Position numbers and translations under genes: made by a program. This document shows, piece after piece, positions 47,905 through 60,439 of a stretch of DNA of 64,000 nt. Source of the DNA: Lama guanicoe (Eukaryota); contig MU054466.1 of NCBI GenBank assembly GCA_013239625.1, positions 620,001-684,000 of the forward strand, given 5' to 3'. The notes under the pieces were generated by a model. The model did no database searches, had not been told where the DNA came from, and was given only the letters and a program-made list of their open reading frames with translations. How positions within the stretch are numbered: position 1 is the stretch's first letter; each line of letters opens with the position of its first letter.

Positions 47905-48140
47905 TGGAGGCTGTTTCCTGGATACAATTGAATGCANNNNNNNNNNNNNNNNNNNNNNNNNNNNNNNNNNNNNNNNNNNNNNNNNNNNNNNNNNNNNNNN
48001 NNNNNNNNNNNNNNNNNNNNNNNNNNNNNNNNNNNNNNNNNNNNNNNNNNNNNNNNNNNNNNNNNNNNNNNNNNNNNNNNNNNNNNNNNNNNNNNNNNNN
48101 NNNNNNNNNNNNNNNNNNNNNNNNNNNNNNNNNNNNNNNN
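47905..48140 (-). other. BAHCC1: Probable non-coding first exon of BAHCC1 (5' end lost in the gap)
   Basis: Donor CCTCCA|GTAAGT at 47905/47904 followed by a U-rich tract; CCAAT cluster immediately upstream; matching acceptor about 3.8 kb downstream. Confidence 0.7.
47937..48140. other. Assembly gap covering the probable TSS
   Basis: N run. Confidence 1.
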
Positions 48141-48260
48141 GCGCCCTGATTGGCCGAGCGGCCCTCCGCGGCCGGGAGCTCGTGCCACTCATTCGGCGTA
48201 AACAGGCCTCCCAATAGGCTGGCGCCGGGCCAGGGAGCTGCCAATCAGGGAGCAGCAGGG
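48141..48260 (-). promoter_or_regulatory. Probable BAHCC1 proximal promoter: three CCAAT boxes plus a forkhead motif
   Basis: ATTGG 48149-48153, GTAAACA 48198-48204, CCAAT 48211-48215 and 48241-48245; CpG-rich. Confidence 0.7.
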
Positions 48261-49284
48261 CTACTACCAAGCCCGATGGCGCCTAATTCAAGCCCGGCGA
48301 CTGCGCAGCTCCTCTGCGCAGATCGTTGCTGCTGAATGGGAATGTGTTGGCGCAGGGCGGGAGAGGGAGCAGGGCGAGTGGGAACGCATGTCCACGCGGA
48401 GGGGAAGGCGTTTGCTTTTTCTTTTTAAAATTTAATCCAGCAGGTCTAACGTTTGGCGTCTGGTGCACAGAGGCCAGGAGAAGAAGCAGCAACACCCGCT
48501 GAAGCAGATGCTTTTTAAATACTTGGGATCTGTCTGGCAGGTGGCTGAACCCGGCACAGGTAGGCCAGAGCTCCAAGCACCGAGGCCTCCTCGGGTTGCC
48601 CGGCCCGTCCTCCACTCCGAGGCCTCCGCCCACTCTCATCGAACTCAGGCACTGGCTCCAGAGTCGCCCGCCTGGTCTTCTCCTCCCCTACCCCAGGGGT
48701 CAGACCCTGAAGGGAGGGTCCTGTGTCTCTGGCCGTGTATCTGCGGACCGTCAGTTTTATCTCCCTTGGCTACGTTTTGCAATGGAGCAACGATCAAAAT
48801 GAAAATAGAAGATTTATGGCCAAGACAAAGATTGTCCTTTCTTCATCTGCAACCAGATTTTTAAAATATATTCACCTTGATAGGCACAGTGTGAAAATCG
48901 TGCACAGTGTTTTTCAATGTTGCTCTCTTGTATTTCCGCTAAATCCTCGCCCAAATTAAAGACAGCCTCTGAACAAATACCTTCATGATAACCAAATGCA
49001 AACTACTTTTTAAAATATTCTCCAAATAAATATTTGTTAGAATTTGGTTTCCCAACAAAATACTATTTATTCTCGGGAGTCAAGGTGATGTCTTAGTGGC
49101 GATGGATACATTATTTTTACTCCTCGATCTCCAGGTGAACGCTGCCTCCACTTCTGGGGGACAAAAAAAACGGTATTTAAAAACTAGATGCCAATCAACA
49201 CATCCGCACACGTTAGAAATTCTTCGCCGGCTCATTCCGGTGGGGACACGAATGGGTTAAGCCAGAGGCCTTCTGTTGTCACCT

Positions 49285-49400
49285 TCCTTTCCCCGCCCCC
49301 CCGCCCGCTCCCGCGGGGCCGCCGGGATTGGCTGGCACTCCGCCAGCAGGCTGTCAATCACCGAGTGTAAACAAGGCGCTGATTGGCTGTTGTCCAGTCC
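49285..49400. promoter_or_regulatory. Second promoter module: GC boxes, two CCAAT boxes, PBX/PKNOX decamer, forkhead site
   Basis: CCCCGCCCC near 49291; ATTGG 49327-49331 and 49382-49386; CTGTCAATCA (TGATTGACAG) 49351-49360; GTAAACA 49367-49373. Confidence 0.7.
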
Positions 49401-49729
49401 GCACAGTGCCTCCTGAAAAAAGCAATTACTGGTTCCGCGGTTTCAAGGCGGCCCGAGGCCGCTTGATGAAAGGAGATAAGCTAGGGACGGTTTCCAGGAC
49501 CCCCGCGGGCCGACCCCGGCAGCCCCGGAGCCGAGGTGCCGCCGAGAGCCCGTGGATCAAAGGAATCCGAAGAGAAAGGGGAAGCAGGCGCACGGCCCTG
49601 GCCGGCCTTCCCCTGCGGGCATCTCTGACCTGGGGTGGGGGCTCGGGCCGCGGGCGGAGCTCCGGGATTGGGAGCCCGCCTCGGGCGGCGCGGCTGGCGG
49701 GGCAGCTCGGGAGAGCCCGGGGCTGACAG
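49400..49729 (+). ncRNA. Candidate first exon of a divergent lncRNA
   Basis: Lies just downstream of the promoter module; consensus donor CAG|GTAAGC at 49729/49730; no credible ORF; start approximate. Confidence 0.35.
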
Positions 49730-51799
49730 GTAAGCGCCCGGCTCCGCAAGCCCCGGCCGGGGGCCTAGGACGGGGCGCGCGGCCCCAGGTCCCGGCTCCC
49801 GCAACGCCCCTATTGGATGGCGAGGATGCCCGCCCCCAAAGGCTGGAGCCTCTGGTCAGTCCCGAGGCCGAGGCTTTCGGAAGCGACCCCAGGCGGCGTG
49901 CGGCGGCCGCGGGAGGAGAGGCGGCACGCATAAATCCATAAAGCGCCCGAAGATCCGATTAGCGCACGGCTATTCATTAGGCCGAGAGCGATTGAATTAG
50001 GTCTCGGGTGCGGACCCGGGGGGGCCGGCGCAGGCTGGGCGCGGCCGCCGGGGCGGGGGTTTCTGGCGCGGACCACCGGGCTTGGGCCGTGGCTTCAGGA
50101 GAATGAAGTCACAGCTTCGGCCCCAGCGTGTTGGGGGCGCGGGGTTCCTCCGCGTCCTGCCCTCGCGGGTGCGTGCGGAAACCTCCCGCTTCTCACGCAC
50201 ACCGAGGGAAGCCAACCAGAGCCCGGCCCGGCTCCGGAGAAATCGCGCCCTCGGAGGGGTGGGGGAGCGGGGGCGGCCTCGGCTCCAGGACCCTGGGCAG
50301 AGCCAGGCGGGGCCAGAGCTAGGGCCGGGAGCGCCTGCCTGTGCCATCCCCGAGCACGCCGGGCTCCTACCGCCTCCCAGGCTCCGCTGGCCTTGGCGTG
50401 CGAGGGTGCCGTCTGCGCGCCCAGAGGCGCCGCCAGCTTCCCGCAGCCCTAGGAGTCCCGGCCTCCAGAGGAGCAACCTTCGCCACGGCACGTTTCCCAT
50501 TCTGCTTTGGAAGCGGAGTTCCCCCTTACTGCCTGCCTGCGATAAGCTTGTTTTCGACTCCAGAAACTTTTTTTATGCTTATGTTTTAAAGATCCATTTG
50601 AAATAAAAAGTTTTTTGAGGAAAAAAATGTATACGAGAAAAATTCTCCGTCCAAGAGAAAGAACACCTCGGCAGCCCGCAGTGTCCCAGGAATTGCTCCG
50701 AGCTCCCTGAACGCGCGCCGCTGCGGCCCCGCAGGCCCTTGAGTCGGGAAGGGGCTCCAGACCCCGACCGCCCTTTGGGGGAGGGGTGGGGACGCCAGGC
50801 CCCCAAGCCCCTACTCTTCTTTAGAGTGTGTGAGCTGGGGGCACCGTCTGGGAAGCCCCTCCGAGCCCCCAAAACCTGCCCCCATCCCCGCGGGCAGAGT
50901 ATTTTCCAAAGGTCCTGGACCCTGTCTGATGGGGTGCCCCCGGGCCACAGTCCGAGACCAGCAGGCTGCCAGCAAGGTAGGAGCACAGGGGACAGCCCGG
51001 GGTTCGGGGCCTCTCTACCCTCCCAAGGCCGGTTCAGACCCTTACAGCTTGCCATCACTGCAGTCCTCATTCAGGGGGTGAAAACCAGCTTTCAGAACCC
51101 CCAGTGCTGTCCCCCCATGCCCCTCCTGTCGCATCCAGAGAGAGAGAGAGACACAGCCTGCCTGGGGAGGTCTGTGGGCAGCTCCCTGACCGCCTGGCTT
51201 CCCTCCTCCTTCTACCCCCGGCATCACTTAAAACAAATCTAGTGCCCCCCCCAATACTGTTTCAAAACAGTTGTTACGGCAAATAGCTGCAGACGGGCCT
51301 GCTGGATGCGGCAGGGGCTGGCAGCTGCCCAGCGCAGGCGCCTGGCCCTCAGCAGCTCCCGTGTTCCCCTCGGAAGACGCGGCCTCCCCAGGCTCCCCCG
51401 GCCTGGGCATGTTTGGCTGGGCGCGCTATCAGCTCCGAGGAAACCTTCCCGGTTTCCTGTTTTACTCTCCCTGCTGTCCAGAGCTAACAAATGTTTTTAA
51501 TTCGAGAGGAACATGGTGTCAAGATCTGCAGGCTGGCCTTCCACTGGGGAGAGAGGGAGAACCAGGCAGAGGACAGAGGGGAGGGGTAGAAATGTGAGGT
51601 CAGAGTTGAGCTGGGGTGTCCAGGTCTCTGCAGTCGCCCACAGTTTCACAAATGGGTGGGCTCTCTGTCAGGCGAGGCCCCCACAGCCTGGCCAGACCAC
51701 ATGCCCTGCCCCAGCCTGGAACAATACCCAGGGGCGTCCTGGAACGCTGGTCACTTCCTCTGCAGCAGGAGCACAGGCCAGGCAGGTACCACTCTGGGC

Positions 51800-52040
51800 T
51801 GGCACATCACACCCCCACACTCTGCTCCTGCACACATACCAAATTCATGTGCAGTCTCGTGTGTGCACACATTTACACGCACACATTCACGTGCTCACAC
51901 ACCACACAGGCACATGCATACAAACACATCACCCAGGCACACACTGGAGCATCAGAAAGCATGTCACACTCCCACACGCACATGAGACATACATGCACAA
52001 GCTTCCACATCATACCCCAGCACGTCACAGCACACACTGG
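51800..52040. repeat. CA-rich low-complexity tract (degenerate (CA)n)
   Basis: Repeated cacacat/gcacac; explains the His/Thr-rich spurious ORFs. Confidence 0.8.
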
Positions 52041-55000
52041 CACCAGTACTCTGGAGGAACCTGCCTTCCCTCACATGGCCTAGGGGCCTGTCACCCCGAG
52101 CCTTTCCCCAGCCCTAGGGCCCCTCCCCGCACTCGTGCCACGCACTGCTCCCCTGAGAGGGCTCCAGGGCTCCTCACTCCCGGAGGACCACCGTCCCGCT
52201 GTGTGAAACCATGAAATAAATCATCATTTTTTGCGCAAGGGGGTGGAGGTGTTAGGGGAGTTACATAAAATTGTGAATTAGTCGCTGCTCCAAATAAATG
52301 CCTGCCTGGGCGAGGGAGCAGCAGACCTGCGGTGGGTAATTGTGACGGGTGTCTGTCCATTGTTCCCTGGGCCATTAGTCAAAGGGCAAATTAGAAACAA
52401 TTTCTTGACAAAAATTGACTCTTAATTCTTCCCATCAGAGGCACAGGGGGCCAGCTCTCGCTGGGCGAGAGTGCAGGCAGGCCCGGCTGGAGACGGGCTG
52501 GAATCAAGGCTTACACTTGCCCCTCATACAGTGGGGGGAGCGGGATGAACTAGGGCCCCAGTCGGGGCTGAAGCGGTTCACAGCACCCCCTACCCTCCCT
52601 CAACTGGAGGGTAGTGTCACCTCACCCCACCCAGAATCTGGCTGGTTACATGGCCTGCTCAGTTCTCAAGGACAGGGATGGGATTAGGGGTTTGCAGCCT
52701 TCCTCTCAAGTAAGTGGGGTTAAAAAAAATCAGATGCATTCCCAGAAGTTTCCTGGCTAGAGCTCAGCCTCAGTACCACTTCAGCCTCCAGAGCCTCCAG
52801 GAAGCCAGGTGGGCCCCCACTCCATCCCCCTGAAGGAAGTCTTCTGCCAGCAGATGTAGGAGGTGGTTCTTTGCAGCTGGGCCTTTGGCTGGTGCGCTGG
52901 AGGGGCAGGGGAAGGTCAGAGTGCACCAGCTCCCCTCCCAGGACCCAGAAGCCCCTGCCTTCCACCCTGGCTGCCACTCACTAGGTGACCAGAGCAGCTG
53001 CACCCCTGCCTTCCCAGGTGCCCTTGGCTTTGGCTGAGTGGGGTTGCGAAGCCCCCCACCGGGATCCTGAGGATCCTCCCCAAGGTGCTGCACGGGAATC
53101 TGTGCCTAGACTAGGGGTGGCCTTCTTTCGTTGCCTTGTTTCGGGGGGACTTAAGCTTTGTTGGGGCAGGCTGATTTTGGAGGGGAGAGGAAGGCCAAGG
53201 GAGCAGGGCCACCCCACTGACAACAAAGCGAGCGGTCCAGCTGCAGCCCCTTCACTATCTAGCAGGCCTGCAGGGGCCCAGCGGGCCGGGCAGCAGGGGC
53301 CCAGCGGGCTGGGCGGCAGGGGCGGGGGCTGCTCTGAGGCCCAGGGGCGGGGGAGCAGCCGACAGAGGGTGAAGAGTTATCAGGAGCCAGGCCAGGCCGG
53401 GAGGCCCCTCCAGTCACACCTCCCGAAGGAGGCTTTCCTCCAGCATCTCCCAGCCCTGTGCACTGGGCTGAATCCCTTCTTAAAGGCCCCAGCTCAGGCC
53501 TGAGTCAAGGGCCCGTGTGCTGAGGCCCGAGCCCTGCTCAGTGGGAGCCCCCTGGAAGGTCAGAGAGACACAGCTGGTCTCTGTGGGCCACCGACAGGCT
53601 CCAAGACAGACTTGGGGATGTGGCTGGAAGTTTTAAAAGGCAAGGAGAGCAGCAGGGGAGCCAGACTTTGAAGTCAGATCAACAGCTTTCCCGGGCCCCC
53701 TCCCTCTTGAGGGGTGCTTAATTCTGTTGCTGGTTTGTCCAACCAGGTCAGGAGGCTGCTCAGCCCCCTCGGCCCAGAAGAGGTGCTGTTAAACACAAGA
53801 GTTGTAATTTGTGGCTAAATATAAGCTGGTGTGTTCACACGGAAAGAATAATTCAGGGTGCTGGCTGTGTGAGGTTATCAAACAGGAGGCCCGCCTGGGT
53901 TAAGTTGAAATGATTTTCACAAACTGGAAGGAGCATCGTATTGCCAGCCTCCTCCCTGACCTTTTATTAATGACCATGTGATTGTTATTACTATTAAATG
54001 GGAGATGGGTTGGGGGGACGCCTGGGACCCCTCAGGGTTGGGGGAGGAGGGCCTGAGGAGAGGAGAGCCTCCCCACTCCCCTCTGTCCTGCCCCTCCAGC
54101 CTCCTGGTCACTTTGTCATCTAGGCTGGAGGAAGGCAGGGGACCCAAGGAGCCTCTAAAGGAATCAGCAGTGCCAGGCTGTCCCCCACCCCAAGACTGGC
54201 CCTTCAGGGTGGCTGTGGGACAGAGAGGGAAGCAGGTCCTCTGGGGATCTGAACTCACCCTCTAAAGCTGAAACCAGGGGCAAGAATTCACTTAGGTGTT
54301 TCAAAATGGGCCCTCCATCTTCTTGCCATAATGAAGGGCCCCACTGATGACTGGTGCCCCGAGCTGGCCTGTGGAGATCGGGGTGGGTGGCTTAGCGGCT
54401 GGAACTGCCCCTCGTGGGGACAAAAGCTCTGGCAGGGCCTAACGAGGGGCAGGTTACTCAGTGCTTCTAGGAACACCCCCTAACCAGAGCCTGGCTGCAC
54501 GCCCTCCCTGGAAGGACACCTGCCTCCCTCCAGACCCAGCCTTGCGGCCCTGCCCAGCCAAGGGAAATGCCAAGTAAGCAGTTGCTGCCTGCGCTGCTCT
54601 GCTAGGTTAAGGCTGTATGTTTGGGTGTGTTTACACATGTCACTGTCAGGGTCCGTCTGGACGGGCCTCCAGGGCTGGACTTCCCGGGGCCTGGTCTCGC
54701 ACTGGTGGGAGGGCCCTGGGAGAGGGGAGAGGGCTGAGGGTGTCAGGGTCTCTGATAAAATCCAGCTGGCCCAGGCAGAGCCGGAGCAGGCCAGCCAGGC
54801 CAGGAGTAGAAACGAAAGGACAGGGACTGGGACCGCCAACCCCGAGTCTGCAGGGGACAGCTCATCTGCCCCCAGCCCCACCACATATGTCCAGCAAAGT
54901 TCCTCGGAAAACCAGTTTCTGAGCTCAGGCAGCGGGAGCGGCACTGCCCCTTGCCGCCCCTGCCCATGAGTGGGCAGGAACCTTGACACCAGCCTCCCTG

Positions 55001-56139
55001 CTGTTTCTTCACCTTCCCAGACTTGGAAAAGCCCCAGCCACTGCCCGGCTCCCCCTCCGGCAGCTGGCCCAGCAGAGGGCTCCCGAGGGTAAGGGGCTGT
55101 CCGCTGGGATTTGCTACTGACACACAAAACCCAGGCCCAGCCACACACCCACCCTCCTGTTCCCTTCCTACCGTGAAGTTGTTGGGCCAAGCTCCCTACT
55201 CCCACCCTGGCCCAGCTCTCATCCCCAGCACCACCGCACTAACCACCTGCCCCTGGAACCACACCCGCAGCCTGTCCTGTAGCCCTGGGTCTTTTCCCTG
55301 AGGCTGAGGACTCCCTCCCCAGACTGCCCAGGGCTGGGAAGGTGACAAGCACCTTGTCCTCCTCTCTTATTTCTGGGGGCGGGCTGGATTGGGCTGGGGC
55401 CAAATGGGTGTTGAGTCCTTGGCTTGGTTACTTGCGGCATATATAGACCAGAAATAAATTATTCCCATCAAAATTCCCACAGAACAGCCCCAGGCCTGCA
55501 GCAAAGCTCTTTCCTCCCAGGCTTCAGAGGCAGGCAGTGGGGCTGGTGGGCTCCGCTACACGACCCCGTCCCGCCTGGCCTGAGCATGGCCTCCGCCTCC
55601 TTTGTTAACAGGACAACTGATTCATTTAATTAAAAATCATTCAATAGGTCTGTTTTCTTCTGACCTGCACAAATACATGGTCCACCTCAATTCATGACGC
55701 ACCAATACCCCATACAGGAGGTAATGTGGAGGGGGGACAGGAAAGTGTCCCAAAGGGAGACTCCCCAGAGAACTCTCTTCCAACAGCCCAAGCCAGGATG
55801 GCCAGAGAAGCCTGTCCTGGGTCATTTTTGCCAGGCCCTCCACTGCTGCGGCCTGCTCCCGCGGCACTGCGAGCGGGGCCTTTGCGAGCACATTCCACCA
55901 GGGCTGGGTCTCTGGCAGGCTCTGGGTCCAGGTCCGTTTTAATAAGCAAACCCCCAAACCGGCCGGTTGCTATCTGCTCTGGTGGGTGGAAGGGCAGACG
56001 CAAGTGGGGGTTTTTCTTTCTGCCGGAATTGATTTTGTTTGCTTTGCATTTGTATTTTTTAATAGCAGTAATTTCCGATGCAAAAGGCCCCCCGGGGCGG
56101 GTGGGGAAAAATCAAAGTCCCTACATCCCAGCCAGAAAC

Positions 56140-57120
56140 AAAAGCCCTTTGGAAACTGCGCCGCAGGGCGGGCGGCGGCCGGGCGGAGCCGGGCGCCCCG
56201 GACCCGCATCGGGAGAAACGGCGCGAAGCACCTACCGCTCGGCGGCTCCAAGGCGGCTCCGGCTCCGGTCCGGGCGGCCGGTGTCCGACCTGCTCGCCCG
56301 AGTCCGCCCGGTCCCTAGAACGGGGAGGCGGCCGGAGGCGCCATAATCGCAAATTTATGGCCTGGGTGACGTGCTTCCCTCTCCCACAATGGGGCCCGGT
56401 GACATTAAACAGAAAATTGATGAGAGGGGAGCGAAATCTAATCTCTCTCCCCCCACGCCGGCTCTCCGCGCCCTCGGGGAGGGGCTGGGGACGGGAGGCA
56501 GAGTGGTCGCCGGGAGCTGCTGCGCTCTGGAGCCCCGCGCCCACGCTTCCTCCCGAGTTCGGGCTCCGGGCCCGCGGACCGGGGGGAGGGACCGCGACCC
56601 TCGCCCCGGCCCGCACCCCCCGCGCCCGCCGACTCTCCGCCGGGGTTCGGGCGGCATCTCCGTTCCTTTCCACGAGCCCGGGGCGGCCGGGCGGAGCGGG
56701 GAGCCCAGGACCTCACTCTCTCCTGCTCCGAAGGCCCCGGGCCCCGGACAGGGGTTCCGACGCGCCCCCCGGCCTTCCCTGCGCTACCCACCTCCAGGGC
56801 TCCCCCCAGCCTCCCGCGCATCCAGCGCGGAGCTCTCCGCCCCCACCAAGCGGAGCCAGCGTCGGGGGAAGAGGGGAGGACCCCGGCCGCCCAGCCCCCA
56901 CCCGGAGCAAGTGGGAAACGGGGGCAAGTGACCACGCAGGGCGCGCCAGGGGCCTCTGGCCGGCAGCGCCCGCTCTCCTCCGCCTGCGGCGCGGCTCCCC
57001 CGGGGCGCGCCCGGCGCCTCCTGGCACCGACCCCGCCGCGCCAAGTCCTTAAAGGCGCCGCCCGCCCTGTCGGCCTTTGTCCCCGCGGCTGGGAAGGTCA
57101 CGCCAGGGACTTCGGGTAGC
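56140..57120. promoter_or_regulatory. Distal upstream CpG island (orphan promoter or enhancer)
   Basis: About 1 kb of very dense CpG with an embedded AT-rich core at 56340-56445; no recognisable coding exon. Confidence 0.7.
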
Positions 57121-57654
57121 CTCATGGCCCCATGAAGCGCTCGCTCCCCCTCCTTCCTCCACCTTCTTCTCCAAAAATTACTCCACTGGCCCTCCCTGCC
57201 CTGCCTGCTGGCCTGGCGGAGGGCCGGGCCCCAGGCGCCACCTCGCCACCCTGCCTTGTGCTGCCTGAGATCTCCAGGCTTTGGTAAGATGCACTGTCCC
57301 GCTGGGATACCCAGCGGCGGCACCAAGGACCAACCTTTGAACAAGTGGGGATGATTCTCAGAGAGAGAAGGGGTGAAGGCGCTCCAGTGGGGCGGCTGGG
57401 AGAAAGAAGGGCCAGTGCTTGCAGGAGACAACACACCCTCACCAACCAGCCTGGCAGCCCTGGCCGGCCGCACAGGGCTGTGACTGAATCTGGTGAGGGG
57501 CAGCGCCAGGGGATGGACAGAGTCCTGACTGGGGGCCCAGACTGGGATCCAGAGGGCAAGACTTTGAGCAACTCCATTAGTGTACCTCTCTGGCCTAGAT
57601 GATACGCATCTGGGTGCCAGATGGTGTCCTTAACAGACTGGAACAGAAATGTCA

Positions 57655-57765
57655 TGATGGTCATGCCCATTTTAGAGATGGGCAAACTGAAATCGAGAAA
57701 GTGAGCAACTTGCCTGTGTTCTCACCCAAGGGCTATGGACCTGGACCCCAGGTTCTTCTGCAAAA
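57655..57765 (-). mobile_element. MIR SINE fragment
   Basis: cccattttagagatgggcaaactga..gtgagcaacttgcc is the reverse of the MIR core. Confidence 0.7.
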
Positions 57766-59259
57766 CCAGGACATGGATTGGCTGGTTTCTGGTCCCTAAT
57801 ATCCCCAAAACTCACGTGGCAGACTTGTGTCCTAACTTCCACAAGCCCCTTACCCTTGGTTGGAGACCAGAAAAACGTGGGCCCTGTGACCACAGTTGGG
57901 TGCTTTGGGCTGCTGTACCCACAGAGGGATGCCACCAGGGCCCCATTCTCCCTGGAAACCCCTCTCCAGGCTCTGCCGGCCCGGCCTGTTTCTCTGAGTC
58001 ACAGGGATAAAGACACAGCAAGGCAGGTCACAATCTCTGCAGCTGGGAAGAACTGCTGATATATGGCAAGAATCTGGAAGCCAGATTCCAGAAGGTCACA
58101 TTGGACTCCAACCAAAGAGATTACGTTTAATAGGCTGGATGTGAACCTCCACTTTTAGGTTCAAAAATCAGTTGTAAAAATGCAGGCAGCTTCCCACTGA
58201 AGACGTGATGAGCCGGCTTGCAGCTGTCTGTACCATTCAGGCAGAACGGGCTCCCCAGTGCAGGCCCCTTGTGAATTTCCCGGAGCCCCAGCAGCTGAGC
58301 CTGCACCCTCGGGGGCCCTCCGGGGATGTCAGGCTCACTGGGGGAGGGGATGCAGCTGGGGACAGCAGAGAATGGGGTCCTTGTGCTACTATCATCAAAC
58401 CCAGGGCTGGATGAACACAGCTTTGTCCGCACCCACACTCCCGTGGTGACCACGGGACCAGGGATCAGTGCCTGGGGCTGGGGGCGCTTCAGAACAAGAG
58501 TGGCTGCTTTTTGGCTTCTGTTAACCCTTGAGTGGGTGTTGGATGCACAGTCTTTCCTCAGCTCTGTGCCTGGGGTCCAGGGGGCATGCAGACAAGGGTT
58601 GAAAATCGGTGTCAAATCCCAGGGTTCAAGACAGCGTTGTGAAACCCAATTTGTTTCCAATTTAAATGGCTGCAGCCTTTGGAGAAGATGAGAAAGTGGC
58701 CCCGGCTGAGAGGACCCAGATGAGGGTAAGGCTGAGAAAGGCCTTGTCTGCTCCATCCATCCTTCATGGCTCAAGGAAGGAGGCTGCATCAGGCCCCAGC
58801 CAATCCTGCCCTCCACTGTGTAGAGAGGAGGTTGGCTCCACAGGCCTGATGTGGAGTGGACCCCGTTCCTGCTGGGATGCTCCCAAAGCCCCTCCTATTC
58901 CAGTTTCTACGGGGCCACGCAGCGTCCACAGGCCCCGAGCCCTCTGATGATCTGGGAGGAGACCCTTCACTTCCAGCAAACTGCTCTTGGTCTACCTGCA
59001 CCTGCGCGTGCTCAGCAGGACCTGCAGGGCCACCCACCCCTAGACAGGCAAATATCTCTTTGGTGTCAGGAGACAGCAGGGCCCCAGGCTCAGACAGACC
59101 CAAGCCCAAACCTGTCTGAGGCCGCGCGTCCCCCGACGATAACAGGGAAGACTCTCTCCAGGAGGGGATTAAAGGAGCAAGGTGGATGGCCGGGTGGCCC
59201 CAGGTGACTGGGAGAAGCCTGGGGGCAAGCGTCTGTGGACGAGGGCTGCCCACGTGCCC

Positions 59260-59830
59260 ATTCTCATTACTCCCTGTGTTGGTCAGGAACGTAGCGTGTG
59301 AGAGCCCGTTGCTTCCACAAACTCCCCAGCGCTGAACACTGTCAGACTTTTCACCGTGAGCCTTTCCGGTGGCAGTGAAGTGGTATCTCATTGAGGTTTA
59401 AGTGTTTATTTCCCTGATGACTAGTGAGGCTGACCAATTTTTCACCTACATACATGCCCATTGGAAACATTGATTTGTCTCTTTTTGGATAGATGTGTAG
59501 AGTTCTTTATCTCTTCTGGACACAAGGCTTTGGTTGGCTAAGTCCCTCTCCATCAGGACACGCTGGTGTAGGGAGTGAGCATGGCTTCCCGTCTTACTCT
59601 CCAGACAGCATCTTGACAATACCTTGAGATTCTCTTCTGTTTAACTCTAGAAGCTTTTTTTGGTTTCACTTTTCCCGTCGTGGGCTCTGACCCATTTTTA
59701 ATTAGTTTTTGTCCGTGGTGTGGTATAGGAACTGAGGGTCATTTTCCCCCATCAACATGCAACCGACGCGGCACCGTGGATGCCGGGCCCACAACTTCCC
59801 CTGCACTGTGGTGGCTTCTGTTGCAAACCA
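59260..59830 (-). mobile_element. Degraded LINE-1 (L1M) fragment
   Basis: gtgaagtggtatctcattgaggtttaa..tttccctgatgactagtgaggctga and gagttctttatctcttctggacac resemble the antisense L1 ORF2 3' region. Confidence 0.75.
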
Positions 59831-60439
59831 GTTGGTTCGAGGGAGGGGTCTCGTTCCGGACCCTCTCTCCTGTTCCGTTGGGCTGTTTGCTTATTTTTGT
59901 GCCACTCAGCCGGAATCTTTTGCTCTCTCCTCGGTGAGCCCACCCACTGGCTGGGGCAGAGAGGCCCCCGGGATGAGGCTGCAGGGCTGGCTGGAGGGTT
60001 TCTCATGGACTCCCAGGACCGAGAGTGTCCATTCAGCTGGCTTCCTCCCTCTCCTGCCCTGAACAGAGCCACCCAGCCAGCAGTCTCAGCAGGACAGAGT
60101 TCCCAGGCCAGCAGGTGGGCCCCGGGCCTGAGACCCAGCTGCAGCTCCCAGGCAGGGGCCCAACCTCAGGCCAGTGGCTGCCTCCCCCAGGACAGGGGGG
60201 AAGCTCTGAGAGTTGGGGCAGTTCTCAAGGTCAGTCCCACCTGCCCCTCTAGAGTCCTCACGGCCCACACTCTTGTTCAGACACCACGTAGTCATCCAGG
60301 ACCCCACGAGGGCCTCGCATGTGCACACAGGGAACTGGACACTGGAGCTTACACGGCGGGGGGACAGGATGGGCAGACAGAGCAGGGATGACACAAATAG
60401 GTCAATTATAGAGCATGCTCGAAGGGCGGCTGGAGGGAT

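Larger units (their letters stand above)
49270..50500. promoter_or_regulatory. Upstream CpG island
   Basis: Dense CpG; includes a further ATTGG near 49812 and TAAT/ATAAA homeodomain-type motifs at 49925-50000. Confidence 0.75.

Noticed and set aside
51513-52214. His/Thr-rich 233-aa ORF
   Set aside because: Translation of a degenerate CA repeat
56078-57052. 324-aa + strand ORF in the distal CpG island
   Set aside because: Typical CpG-island artefact with low-complexity composition
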